64,000 bases of DNA from Eledone cirrhosa (Eukaryota). The translations under genes and the position numbers were made by a program. The notes beneath the pieces were generated by a model. It saw only the letters and a list, made by a program, of their open reading frames with translations, was not told where the DNA came from and made no database searches. Of this stretch, positions 63,780 through 64,000 are shown piece after piece. The stretch is from the NCBI GenBank assembly GCA_964016885.1, contig OZ024742.1, positions 183,334,001-183,398,000 on the forward strand, given 5' to 3'. Numbering within the stretch: position 1 is the stretch's first letter; each line of letters begins with the position of its first letter.

Positions 63780-63780
<1 letters not shown>
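60309..63780. mobile_element. Penelope-like element family C, head-to-head pair: minus copy 60309-61771 fused to plus copy 61772-63780
   Basis: ~1.1-kb inverted repeats 60651-61771 / 62669-63780; plus copy carries RT (YSRYVDD) and GIY-YIG with a TAG at 63230-63232. Confidence 0.93.
60585..60625 (-). ncRNA. Degenerate hammerhead (PLE family C)
   Basis: CTGACGA-t-GTTGCA gatg TGCAAC-GAAA-GATT-TA; stem I poor. Confidence 0.45.

Positions 63781-64000
<220 letters not shown>

Overview
AT-rich animal genomic DNA, most likely a cephalopod (Octopus-like; inferred from the SINE types and the very long (TA)n-derived arrays). It is almost entirely nested retroelement debris separated by (TA)n/(CA)n arrays. 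Contents: one nearly intact RTE-clade LINE (APE-RT with a PHD-like finger, one nonsense codon), several truncated copies of a second RTE family, a decayed CR1-group LINE, tRNA-derived SINEs of two families, a rearranged DD37D (maT) transposon, a decayed mariner, and at least five Penelope-like element (PLE) copies with RT and/or GIY-YIG remnants. The main signal not captured by the ORF track is RNA-structural. I find about 21 minimal type I hammerhead ribozyme (HHR) motifs from at least seven sequence families, plus three copies of an atypical covarying HHR-like motif. Most sit in near-perfect head-to-head inverted duplications that all have the same polarity (3' ends outward, usually ending in (TA)n). 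The best candidate for an undescribed unit is a non-coding ~640-bp element at 35495-36137. It has terminal inverted arms and two tandem identical hammerheads 244 nt apart, i.e. a retrozyme-like cassette predicted to release a 244-nt, possibly circular, RNA. No confident host protein-coding gene was found; two weak minus-strand exon candidates are noted. All structures were read by eye and none has been computed or searched.
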